NCBI GenBank assembly: GCA_017455975.1 | Contig: JAFTLK010000065.1 | Location: 336-64,335, forward strand | Direction: 5' to 3' | Length of the DNA stretch: 64,000 nucleotides | Source of the DNA: Clostridia bacterium | Lineage (GTDB): Bacteria; Bacillota; Clostridia; Oscillospirales; CAG-272 | Shown here: piece by piece, positions 9,556-18,083 of the stretch | How positions within the stretch are numbered: position 1 is the first letter of the stretch | Layout of the letters: each line of letters opens with the position of its first letter | Made by a program: the position numbers and the translations under genes | Notes under the pieces: model-generated | What the model saw: only the letters and a program-made list of their open reading frames with translations | Told to the model about the DNA's origin: nothing | Databases searched by the model: none

Positions 9556-11037
9556 ATGAACGAACTCAAAAAACACAAAGCCGCCATTATCATCTCGGCA
9601 ATCATCTTGATTGCTGCGATCGTCGCGGTCGCTGTCATTCCCTCCGCACTGAGACGCGCGGAGATCAGCAATCAGTTTGAGATTGCACAGCAGTACTTAA
9701 ACGATCTCGATTATGAAAGTGCATTGCTGGCATTTACGCGCATTCTCGAAATCGACCCGAAGAACGTCGAAGCACGCAAGGCTTTGCAGGATACCTATCT
9801 TGCATACATCCGCTCCGAGTGGGAAAACGGCAATGTCGACCACGCAAAGGAACTCATGGCCGAGATGCGTGAGCGGCTCGGTCTGACAGAAGATCCTTAC
9901 ACCGTTACCGTGACCCAAGAGCCGACCTGCGGCGCGGAAGGTCTTGAAGAGTGGGACTGTGTACTGAATGACGATGTGCTGAAGTATGTGATTCCCGCAA
10001 CAGAAGCACACGCATGGGACAACGGTATGATCACCGCAGAAGCCACTTACAAAACCACCGGTACGATCATCTATACATGCTCCGCATGCAATACAGAAAA
10101 AAACGATGTCATTCCGAAAATTCCCGACGAAGAACTGGCCATCAATGACAAAAATCTGGAAGCCGCGCTGCGAGATGCGATCAACAAACCGACAGGAGCA
10201 TTGATGTTGTCGGATTTTGTTGATGTTGATACTCTCAACCTTTCCGAAAAAAACATCAATATCAATAATATTTCTGTCCTTACAAGGATTCCCAATCTGT
10301 GGGAACTTGATCTGTCCGGAAACAACATCTCCGATCTCTCGCCGCTTGCGGATCTGATCACACTGGGAAAACTCAAACTCAATAACAATAACATCACCGA
10401 CATCTCGCCTCTTGCCAAACTGACCGAGCTGAGAGATCTTGAACTCGATAACAACAACATCTCCGACATCTCTCCGCTTGCATCCCTGACCGAGCTGAGA
10501 GATCTTAGGGGCGATAACAATCGCATCTCCGACATCTCTTCGCTTGAAAATCTGACAGAGCTGACAGAGCTTTGGCTCAACGGTAACAATATCACTGATA
10601 TTTCACCGCTTGCTAACCTGACAGAACTCGAATACCTTATGATATATCAAAACAACATCTCAAATATTTCTGCACTTGCAAACCTGACGAAATTACAGAG
10701 CCTTGCAATTTGGGATAATAATATATCTGACATTCAACCGCTTGCAAAGCTGACTAAATTATATTGGCTCAATGCTTCGGGTAACAAGATCTCCGACCTT
10801 TCACCGCTTGCAAAGCTGACCGATCTTTCGATACTTCTGCTTGATAATAACAAGATCTCTGACCTCACGCCGCTTGCAAAGCTGACCAATATTTATCAAC
10901 TTTATCTCGATTCAAACAACATCACCGACCTCACGCCGCTTGCAAAGCTGACCAATCTGGTCGATCTTACACTTTATGGCAACAACATCTCCGACTGGTC
11001 CCCTGTGAACCATGTCACATTAGTCCGTCATGACTGA
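9556..11037 (+). CDS. Membrane-anchored leucine-rich-repeat (internalin-like) protein
   Basis: 493 aa. N-terminal TM helix, TPR-like segment, Cys-containing module (TCGAEG...YTCSACN), then 12 x 22-aa LRRs (LxLxxNNISDISPLAxLTxL). Confidence 0.85.
   Translation: MNELKKHKAAIIISAIILIAAIVAVAVIPSALRRAEISNQFEIAQQYLNDLDYESALLAFTRILEIDPKNVEARKALQDTYLAYIRSEWENGNVDHAKELMAEMRERLGLTEDPYTVTVTQEPTCGAEGLEEWDCVLNDDVLKYVIPATEAHAWDNGMITAEATYKTTGTIIYTCSACNTEKNDVIPKIPDEELAINDKNLEAALRDAINKPTGALMLSDFVDVDTLNLSEKNININNISVLTRIPNLWELDLSGNNISDLSPLADLITLGKLKLNNNNITDISPLAKLTELRDLELDNNNISDISPLASLTELRDLRGDNNRISDISSLENLTELTELWLNGNNITDISPLANLTELEYLMIYQNNISNISALANLTKLQSLAIWDNNISDIQPLAKLTKLYWLNASGNKISDLSPLAKLTDLSILLLDNNKISDLTPLAKLTNIYQLYLDSNNITDLTPLAKLTNLVDLTLYGNNISDWSPVNHVTLVRHD
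10234..11034 (+). repeat. Twelve tandem 66-bp coding repeats (LRR units)
   Basis: Recurrent CCGCTTGCAAAGCTGACC strings near 10741, 10807, 10873 and 10939. The 22-aa protein periodicity is visible in the translation. Confidence 0.8.
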
Positions 11038-11043
11038 TCCCCG

Positions 11044-11075
11044 ATCCCGCCCACACCCGTGCGGCGGGATTTTTC
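11044..11075 (+). terminator. Intrinsic terminator after the LRR gene
   Basis: ATCCCGCC...GGCGGGAT hairpin followed by TTTTCT. Confidence 0.6.
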
Positions 11076-11166
11076 TGCAAAATATCACCTTTTCCGCGCA
11101 ACTCCTTGACGGATGCGCCAAAACATGGTATACTGAATACATCATCCAAAAAAGGAGACTCATCCG

Positions 11167-11805
11167 ATGCATATTCCATCGAAGACCCTGACCGAGCAGG
11201 AAATCCTGCCGTTTGCAAAGGCTCTGCGGGAACAGGAAACCGCCGCAGTTTCCTATGACCGCGATGCATGGCTCTATGTGCCGCACACCTATCTTGAATA
11301 CCGTTACATTCTCGGCACGCGCGGAGAAAATCCGCTGATCTGCATCGGCATCAATCCATCGACCGCAGCCCCCGGTGACCTTGACAACACGCTCAAAAGT
11401 GTCGAGCGCATCGCACACGGCAACGGGTATGACAGCTTCATCATGTTTAATGTCTACGCCCAGCGCGCCACCGACCCGGACGCAATGGATGCCGTCCGCA
11501 ATGAAGCGCTGCACCGCGAAAACATGGCGGCATTTGATTATGTTCTGTCGCTGTACGGCGCAGGACACACACCGGCTGTCTGGGCAGCATGGGGGACCAT
11601 CATCGAAAAGCGCAATTTTCTGATCCCGACCGTGCGTGACATGATCGCCATCGGAGAACGATATGGTGCTGTCTGGTATTCCGTCGGCGCACGCTCCAAG
11701 AAAGGACATCCGCACCATCCGCTGTATTTAAGAAAAGATGCGAAAACCGAGCCGTTTGCCATCGCCGATTATCTTGATACGCTGCAGAATCTGCACAAAT
11801 CATAA
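11167..11805 (+). CDS. DUF1643 domain protein
   Basis: 212 aa. ICIGINPSTAAPGDLDNTLKSV and FIMFNVYAQRATDP match the DUF1643 pattern as I remember it. AAGGAG RBS. Confidence 0.55.
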   Translation: MHIPSKTLTEQEILPFAKALREQETAAVSYDRDAWLYVPHTYLEYRYILGTRGENPLICIGINPSTAAPGDLDNTLKSVERIAHGNGYDSFIMFNVYAQRATDPDAMDAVRNEALHRENMAAFDYVLSLYGAGHTPAVWAAWGTIIEKRNFLIPTVRDMIAIGERYGAVWYSVGARSKKGHPHHPLYLRKDAKTEPFAIADYLDTLQNLHKS

Positions 11806-11829
11806 ATCTTTGATCGAGAGGTACATCAT

Positions 11830-13323
11830 ATGAAACGCACATTATCCGCAGCACTTGCTGCACAGACCGTTCTTCTTGCGCTGCTTGCATCCGCCTGCGG
11901 CGATTCAGCCAACACACCGAGTGCAGGCGAGGACAGCACCCCCACAGGTGAAACCGCCGCCGTCACAGAAGCTGTCACCGAGGATATTCTCGGCTATCTG
12001 CCCGAAACAGATATGGGCGGCTGGCAGTTTGACGTACTCGGTCACGAAGACCATCTTTCCGGCAACCACACCTTCCATGCAACGGAACAGACAGGCGAAA
12101 TCATCAACGACGAAATCTTTGAGCGTACCCGCCGCATCGAGGAACGCTACAACATGGTCTACAATGTCATTGCCGAGGACGCTGACAATAACTGGTATGC
12201 TGTCCGCGACCGCCTGGAGCAGACAACCGCCGCCGGCGAAGACCTTTATGATCTTGTCATTTTTTATACCTATGCCATGCAGTCCGCGATCATCACCGGC
12301 GGTTACTTCTACAACATGCTGGAGGTTCCGCACATCAACTTTGAGAATCCGTGGTGGCATACCGAGATCAACGATGCCTATACGCATTTTGACTATCTGC
12401 CCTGTGTCCTCTCCGACTATTCCGTCAACTCCTATCAATACGCCAATCTGCTTGCCTTTAACAAGACTGTTGCAGCAAACAACGATATCACCAACCTCTA
12501 TGACCTCGTCCGTGACCACAAGTGGACAATGGATTCCTTCCTTGAGATCATCAAGTCTGTCAATTCCGACTCCAACGGTGACGGTAAGATGGATGTGAAC
12601 GACACCTGGGGCTATGCAACCAACTTCGGCTACCATGCGCTGACATGGGCATATGCAATCGGTGAAATGGGCGTTACGCTGACCGACGACGGAGTCGAGC
12701 TCGGCTACCGCTCCGAAAAGTTTGCAACCCTCTCCGAGTGGCTCTACGATCTGCTCTACACCTCCAAGCTCGCCTTTGAGATCGGCTGGGATCTGCCGTG
12801 CGACATCAGCTGGGATGAAAACCGCGTGCTGATTCAGGCAATCTGGCTCAATGACCTTGAAAAGTTCCGTGAATATGAATCCGCATACGGTCTGCTGCCG
12901 TATCCGATGTACGACGAGACGCAGGAAAAATATTACACCTACGACGACTGCCGTCATGCGACCTTCGGTATTCCGCTGACCTCTCCCACCGAGAACATCG
13001 AAAAGACCGGTCTGCTGCTGGAGGCACTCTCCGCCGACTCCTACCACAACCTGATTCCCAAGTATCTCGATTCCGTCGTTACCTTCAAGCTCTCCCGCGA
13101 CGAGGATTCTCTGGAAATGCTCGACTACATCATGGACGGACGAGTCTATGACATCGGCTACGCAATGCCCGACGCAAAGCGCTATTCCTGGATCATTTCC
13201 GAACAGCTGAAGAACTCCAAGGGCGCAATCACCTCTACCATCGAGAAGTTCACCAAGGTAGCAACCTCCCATTACGAAAAGCTGCTTGAGTCCTACAAGA
13301 CCATGGGCGAGATGGAGTGGTAA
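11830..13323 (+). CDS. Extracellular solute-binding lipoprotein (ABC SBP family 1, LplA-like), paralog 1
   Basis: 497 aa. Lipobox LLASAC. Shares INDEIFERTRRIEERYN and ENPWWH motifs with the other SBP paralogs in the window. Confidence 0.8.
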   Translation: MKRTLSAALAAQTVLLALLASACGDSANTPSAGEDSTPTGETAAVTEAVTEDILGYLPETDMGGWQFDVLGHEDHLSGNHTFHATEQTGEIINDEIFERTRRIEERYNMVYNVIAEDADNNWYAVRDRLEQTTAAGEDLYDLVIFYTYAMQSAIITGGYFYNMLEVPHINFENPWWHTEINDAYTHFDYLPCVLSDYSVNSYQYANLLAFNKTVAANNDITNLYDLVRDHKWTMDSFLEIIKSVNSDSNGDGKMDVNDTWGYATNFGYHALTWAYAIGEMGVTLTDDGVELGYRSEKFATLSEWLYDLLYTSKLAFEIGWDLPCDISWDENRVLIQAIWLNDLEKFREYESAYGLLPYPMYDETQEKYYTYDDCRHATFGIPLTSPTENIEKTGLLLEALSADSYHNLIPKYLDSVVTFKLSRDEDSLEMLDYIMDGRVYDIGYAMPDAKRYSWIISEQLKNSKGAITSTIEKFTKVATSHYEKLLESYKTMGEMEW

Positions 13324-13346
13324 TTTGCATACATCACCCAAAATCC

Positions 13347-13396
13347 GTGGACAGACACGCACCGGGCGTGTTCTGTCCACAATTTTTGTTTTTTCT
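13347..13396 (+). terminator. Intrinsic terminator after SBP paralog 1
   Basis: GTGGACAGACACGC...GCGTGTTCTGTCCAC stem followed by AATTTTTGTTTTTT. Confidence 0.75.
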
Positions 13397-13469
13397 GATA
13401 CGATTTGCCGTTATCGGAACGCATATACAGTGAAACCGGTTATCATGGAAGAAAAGGAGGTCGACGCAA

Positions 13470-14000
13470 ATGGATATTGACAGTACATTCCGTCAGCTCT
13501 ATGAGCAAACATATTCGCTTGCGGCTTCGCTTGTCACTTCCCGGTGCAGGCAGTCTGCGGACATCGGGGATATTTTGCAGGATGTGTATCTGGAGCTGTA
13601 TCGGCTGCTGCAGCGGCGCGGTGCGGATTACATACGCGAACCCAATGCGATGATCCGACGGCTTGTCAGACAGCAGCTGTTCCGGTATTACCGCGGACTG
13701 TCCCGCAGACAGGAGGTGTACGCCGAACCGGATGAGGAGGACGGCGACATCCCGATTGCAGACATTGCCGCGTTGTCTGTTGAGGAAATCGCGGAGGATC
13801 ACGTGATTCTTGAATGGACAGACCGATACCTTTCGGAAAAAGGCGAGCTCTATCGGAAAATATTCCATTTGTATTACCGCTTCGGTGTATCGGTACCGGA
13901 CATTGCAAAACTGCTCGGGCGCACCGAAGGAGACATCAAAAACAAACTCTACCGGACACTCAAAGAGATCCGGAATCATTGGAGAGGAGATTTACCATGA
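13470..14000 (+). CDS. ECF-type RNA polymerase sigma-70 family factor
   Basis: 176 aa. Region 2-like DILQDVYLELYRLL and region 4 HTH VPDIAKLLGRTEGDIKNKLYRTLKEI. AAGGAGG RBS. Confidence 0.8.
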   Translation: MDIDSTFRQLYEQTYSLAASLVTSRCRQSADIGDILQDVYLELYRLLQRRGADYIREPNAMIRRLVRQQLFRYYRGLSRRQEVYAEPDEEDGDIPIADIAALSVEEIAEDHVILEWTDRYLSEKGELYRKIFHLYYRFGVSVPDIAKLLGRTEGDIKNKLYRTLKEIRNHWRGDLP

Positions 14001-15124
14001 AATTGTCAGATATGATTCTGCAGGCAACCGCACACGATACCGCATCGGCAAATGCTGATCGGATTCTCGAGCTTGCACACACACAGACCGCAGAACGCAT
14101 CCCCAGACGGCGGAGCGTTCGGATCATCGCAGTCATTGCCGCCGCACTCTGCCTTCTGACCGTTACCCTGTATGCCGCAGGTGTACTGTCCGGCTTTGCG
14201 GCAGGCTTCACAGCGCCGATATCCTCCGGCGGCGTTCAGGTGCTTTCACAGGCGTCCGACAATCCCGATGTGGAGTGGACAATCACCGAAAGCTGGTACG
14301 ACCGCTATAACCTGCACATTGGTGGTTCGGTCACCACACCGGATATTCTCGACGCGAACCTGTCCTATCGGGTCACCGGTATGTTCCATACAGAAGATGA
14401 CGGGGAAACCTACTATCTTGACGGTCCCCTGTATCCCAACGGTACTGTCACCGTTCCGTTTGTCATGAGTGCGCCCACCGTCACCGACGGCGAAGGCGGC
14501 AAGTTCCGACCCGGCTGGGAAAAAGAAAAAATCAAGGTGGATCTGACCATTGAGCAGATTTATCTGGAACCGGAGAACATCGACGGACAGTGGAACATCG
14601 CCGATTCTCTTGTATATCCGGGCAATTGGAGCTATACCCTTTCGCTGACACAGCAGGAGCACAGCGATACCCTGACCCTGACAGGACCGTTTTCCGGCAC
14701 AACGGAGGAAGCCGTCACCGCAGAGCAGGTCAAGCTCAGCCCGTTCACGCTGGAAATCGACGGTGATCACCTGATGCGCTTCAATAACACCCGGTATAAC
14801 ATCTGGCTGAAAATGAAAGACGGCACTTACGCCCTCAAGGGACGCGGAATATTCCGTGATGCGGGCGGCAACTACATTGCATTTGATGATTCCGACGACG
14901 ACAGAATTGCCGTATCCTTTGTTCAGCCGATCGATGTGCCGCAGGCAGAGTCGATCATCATCGCAGACAAACACGGCTTCGGCGGTGAAGGACTTGCCGA
15001 TCATACAGAAGCCGGCTTTGTATGTTATCCGCTTGCAGACCCCGATGCGCTGAATGTCATCACCGATATCGACGGCGAAGTCTGGGAAATGTGGAAGGTG
15101 CTTCTGGAGATCCCGATTGGCTGA
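13997..15124 (+). CDS. Putative anti-sigma factor / single-pass membrane protein with ~290-aa extracytoplasmic domain
   Basis: ATG at 13997 overlaps the sigma stop (ATGA). TM helix IIAVIAAALCLLTVTLYAAGVL follows a short cytoplasmic N-terminus. The track ORF start at 13814 lies inside the sigma gene. Confidence 0.5.
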   Translation: MKLSDMILQATAHDTASANADRILELAHTQTAERIPRRRSVRIIAVIAAALCLLTVTLYAAGVLSGFAAGFTAPISSGGVQVLSQASDNPDVEWTITESWYDRYNLHIGGSVTTPDILDANLSYRVTGMFHTEDDGETYYLDGPLYPNGTVTVPFVMSAPTVTDGEGGKFRPGWEKEKIKVDLTIEQIYLEPENIDGQWNIADSLVYPGNWSYTLSLTQQEHSDTLTLTGPFSGTTEEAVTAEQVKLSPFTLEIDGDHLMRFNNTRYNIWLKMKDGTYALKGRGIFRDAGGNYIAFDDSDDDRIAVSFVQPIDVPQAESIIIADKHGFGGEGLADHTEAGFVCYPLADPDALNVITDIDGEVWEMWKVLLEIPIG

Positions 15125-15178
15125 ATACAGAAAACGCGAAAAACGCCGGTTTTCGGTTTGTACTCATAAACAGTGAAA

Positions 15179-15368
15179 GGGTTGTTACATTTGAAAAATT
15201 GAGCAAATGATAACTCCCTCAGTCAAAAAAAAGACGCAGAAGCGTCTTTTTTTTGCCAGCTCCCTCGGGGAGGGAGCCTAAACTAAGCCTCCCTCTGTTT
15301 GAGGGAGGTGGCTCACCTGCGGTGAGCCGGAGGGAGTTTTTGACACATTGATCTAAATGCAACAACCC
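15179..15368 (-). repeat. 190-bp multi-hairpin repeat element, copy A (includes a bidirectional intrinsic terminator)
   Basis: 14-nt inverted termini, inner helix AACTCCCTC/GAGGGAGTT and four internal hairpins. About 90% identical to 19681-19870. Strand inferred from a G-U versus A-C argument. Confidence 0.8.
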
Positions 15369-15381
15369 GTTTTCCTGTTGT

Positions 15382-16851
15382 TTATTCAGCAGATTCCAGA
15401 TAAGAATCAATAACCGTGGTCAGGCGTTTTTCCCAACCCTTTTTCTGCTTTTCATAATAGGAGGCAAAATTGTTTTTCTTTGTTCCCATCAGGTTGCTCA
15501 TGAAGAAGCCGAGCTTGTTGTAATCACCGAAAACGTATCCGAAATCGATGACATTACCGCGTTCGATGATATCAATGATCTGCATCGAGGTTTCATCACG
15601 AACACCGCGTACTTTCAGTGCGGTATCATAGATGACGGGAATGACTGTTTTGTAACTGTCTGCGGCGAGTGCTTCTGTCATGATTCCGACAAATTCCGTG
15701 TCTCTGCAGGTGGTCGGTACGGAAACCAGCGGAGAGGCACCGTCCGACATGGTCAGGTATTCAGACTGCGCTTCATTCCATTTCGGGTAAGGCAGGATGG
15801 CGTAATCGTCTTCCATATCGGCGAAGTTTTTGATGGCATGGATGAAAACGCCGTTCATAAACAGCGCACGTCCGGCGATAAAGGTATCGGAATGAAGTCC
15901 CCAGCCGTCTGTGGTGATGGTACCGTTGGATTCGTAAAACAGGGAATATACACGGTTGACCATATCCGCACATTTTTCCTCATTGATGGCGAGTACGGGC
16001 ATATCGTTTTCATCACGACCGACGGTTACCTCTCCAAACGCATAAATAAACGGCGTTGCATACGATGTGACCTGTGCCGCCAGTCCGTACTGGTCGTTTT
16101 CATCCTGTGTGCCGTTGCCGTTGAGATCGACCCAGCTGTCTTTCACCAGCTCCGAATAAGCATCGATGGTCCATTTTCCGTCGAGTACGGTTGTATAAAG
16201 GCTGTCTCCGAGATCAATATCGTTGGCAAGACGTTTGTTCATGTATACGCAGTAGGAATGGGTTAAAAATGTCGGCGAGATACTGCCTGCCATCATGAAA
16301 ATTTTATTGTCAATGGACAGAGTATCTGCACAGTTCTGATTCCACCACGGCTGTGTAAGATTGATATGGTCAAACGAATACCAGTCAAGGTAAAAATTGG
16401 ATACAGCGAGCTTTGCCGAATTGATCATCATCGCAGAGACGAGTTGATATGCATCATCGCCTGCTCGGACAGCATTCTGTACTGTCGTGCAGAGAACAGC
16501 GGAATCTCCGCCGTTTTCGATGATAAGATTTGCATTGAACCGTTCCGCTGTGCGGCTGTTGCGGCGAAAAACGGCATCGTTGATGAGTGCGCCCGTTTCC
16601 GATTCTGCGACATAGTCTGTATGAGAATACTCATCGACGATGATGTGAAAATCTTTTCCTCCGAAATCCTTTTCCGGAAGATTGTCAGATAACTGCTGAC
16701 GTGCATCCAGCATGTCCTGGGGGGCTGTTTCAGCTTCTGTAACAACATCGGTAGATGCGTTGGTGACAGGTGTTTCGGTTCCGGCAGACGAACAGGATGC
16801 AAGAATCAGCGATGCCAATAAAAATGCGGTAAGCTGTGATATTGTTTTCAT
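15382..16851 (-). CDS. Extracellular solute-binding lipoprotein, paralog 2
   Basis: The ATG at 16851 (MKTISQLTAFLLASLILASC lipobox) is preceded by AAGGAGG; the track ORF extends to 16911. Contains INDAVFRRNSRTAERFN and TQPWWN motifs. Confidence 0.8.
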   Translation of the reverse strand: MKTISQLTAFLLASLILASCSSAGTETPVTNASTDVVTEAETAPQDMLDARQQLSDNLPEKDFGGKDFHIIVDEYSHTDYVAESETGALINDAVFRRNSRTAERFNANLIIENGGDSAVLCTTVQNAVRAGDDAYQLVSAMMINSAKLAVSNFYLDWYSFDHINLTQPWWNQNCADTLSIDNKIFMMAGSISPTFLTHSYCVYMNKRLANDIDLGDSLYTTVLDGKWTIDAYSELVKDSWVDLNGNGTQDENDQYGLAAQVTSYATPFIYAFGEVTVGRDENDMPVLAINEEKCADMVNRVYSLFYESNGTITTDGWGLHSDTFIAGRALFMNGVFIHAIKNFADMEDDYAILPYPKWNEAQSEYLTMSDGASPLVSVPTTCRDTEFVGIMTEALAADSYKTVIPVIYDTALKVRGVRDETSMQIIDIIERGNVIDFGYVFGDYNKLGFFMSNLMGTKKNNFASYYEKQKKGWEKRLTTVIDSYLESAE

Positions 16852-16982
16852 GGCGGGTATCCTCCTTTTGTGTTTCTTGTTGCGTATATTTATTATAACA
16901 GAAGACAACACATTTGCCTACGGTCAATATTCCTGTCTGCGGTAAAAATTTCGTACAAATTTTGTAAATCATGGAATTATCC

Positions 16983-17011
16983 TTGCAATTTTTTGAAAAT
17001 TCATGTATGAT
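16983..17011 (+). promoter_or_regulatory. Sigma-A-type promoter of the AraC gene
   Basis: TTGCAA - 17 nt - TATGAT, with TG at -15/-14. Confidence 0.5.
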
Positions 17012-17044
17012 AATGACAGATAATGATGCGATGGGAGAATCAAC

Positions 17045-18034
17045 ATGATTGTATATCAGATCAAGCACAACAGCAAGCCAAGTATCCGGTACGCCTGCGC
17101 AGCAACGGTACGCAGCCCGCAGCCGCGTCATAATATCATCGACCGCCGTCAGAACATGATAGAGATTGGCTATCATACGGGCGCGGCACCGCGTGTACAG
17201 GCAGGGAATGATTCATTTGTAATTGCGCCGACTTCCTTTTTCGTTGTTATGCCGGATGAACGGTACGAAATTCATTTGCCGGGCGGAGATGCAGGATATA
17301 CCACGCTGTATTCGATCGGTGCAGAAATTCCGACACTGTCGTATTCCGTACTGGATACCGACGACGCCGTTGAACTGTATGCACGCATGGAAGCGGTGCC
17401 GGATGCCATCTTTATCCCGCGTATGCTATGTACGGAGGAAGGCGATTATCAAATGCTGACCGCCCTGTTCCGCGATGCCATCAACCATTTTGCCGCGGGT
17501 GGGATTTCACATGAATATCAGCTGATTGCGGATTGGTTTGAAATTCTGGGGATTCTGGACGGGATGTTTCGTGCGCAGATTCGTTCACAGCTGCAGATCG
17601 ACCAACCGGCGGAAACGGGCAGTGCGCATTTTTATGTACGCAAAGCGAAGCAGTATATCTGTTCCAATTACAAGGAACATCTGACTCTTGGCGCCATTGC
17701 GGATCATCTCGGTATTTCAACCGGTTATCTCTGTACGATGTTCAAGCGAGGTACGGGATATACGGTTGTTCAATATCTGAATCTGATTCGTGTGCAGCAT
17801 ATCCGCAAACAGATCATCGGCGGAGATATGCGTAATTTCCCGGAAATCTGTGCGGAAGCGGGGATGCGTGATATCCGATATGCACAGAGGCTGTTCAAAA
17901 AATATTTCGGTGTTTCAATGTACCGATGCCGTCAGCAGGATTTCGGCATTTCGCTCTATCACCGCAATCCGTGGGAGGAAGATATGCTTGACCACGATAT
18001 TTTCAATGATGATACTGCAGACGAATCTGTATGA
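17045..18034 (+). CDS. AraC-family transcriptional regulator
   Basis: 329 aa. C-terminal double HTH (LTLGAIADHLGISTGYLCTMFKRGTGYTVVQYLNLIRV). Divergent from SBP paralog 2. Start uncertain (alternative ATG at 17156). Confidence 0.8.
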   Translation: MIVYQIKHNSKPSIRYACAATVRSPQPRHNIIDRRQNMIEIGYHTGAAPRVQAGNDSFVIAPTSFFVVMPDERYEIHLPGGDAGYTTLYSIGAEIPTLSYSVLDTDDAVELYARMEAVPDAIFIPRMLCTEEGDYQMLTALFRDAINHFAAGGISHEYQLIADWFEILGILDGMFRAQIRSQLQIDQPAETGSAHFYVRKAKQYICSNYKEHLTLGAIADHLGISTGYLCTMFKRGTGYTVVQYLNLIRVQHIRKQIIGGDMRNFPEICAEAGMRDIRYAQRLFKKYFGVSMYRCRQQDFGISLYHRNPWEEDMLDHDIFNDDTADESV

Positions 18035-18041
18035 ATCAAAA

Positions 18042-18077
18042 CCGCAGAACAGTGACCAAGACTGCTCTGCGGTTTTT
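18042..18077. terminator. Bidirectional intrinsic terminator between the AraC gene and SBP paralog 3
   Basis: CCGCAGAACAG...CTGCTCTGCGG stem flanked by an A-run and TTTTTG. Confidence 0.65.
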
Positions 18078-18083
18078 GTCATA

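Noticed and set aside
10234-11034. Regular 66-bp repeats that could be mistaken for a CRISPR-like array.
   Set aside because: The repeats are contiguous with no unique spacers, lie in one open reading frame and translate to canonical 22-aa LRR units.
15219-15410. 63-aa ORF inside the repeat elements (also the 61-aa ORF at 19724-19909), conserved between the two copies.
   Set aside because: The conservation is explained by DNA-level identity of the structured element. The ORFs run through the hairpins and the terminator, lack an RBS, and overlap the 3' ends of real genes.
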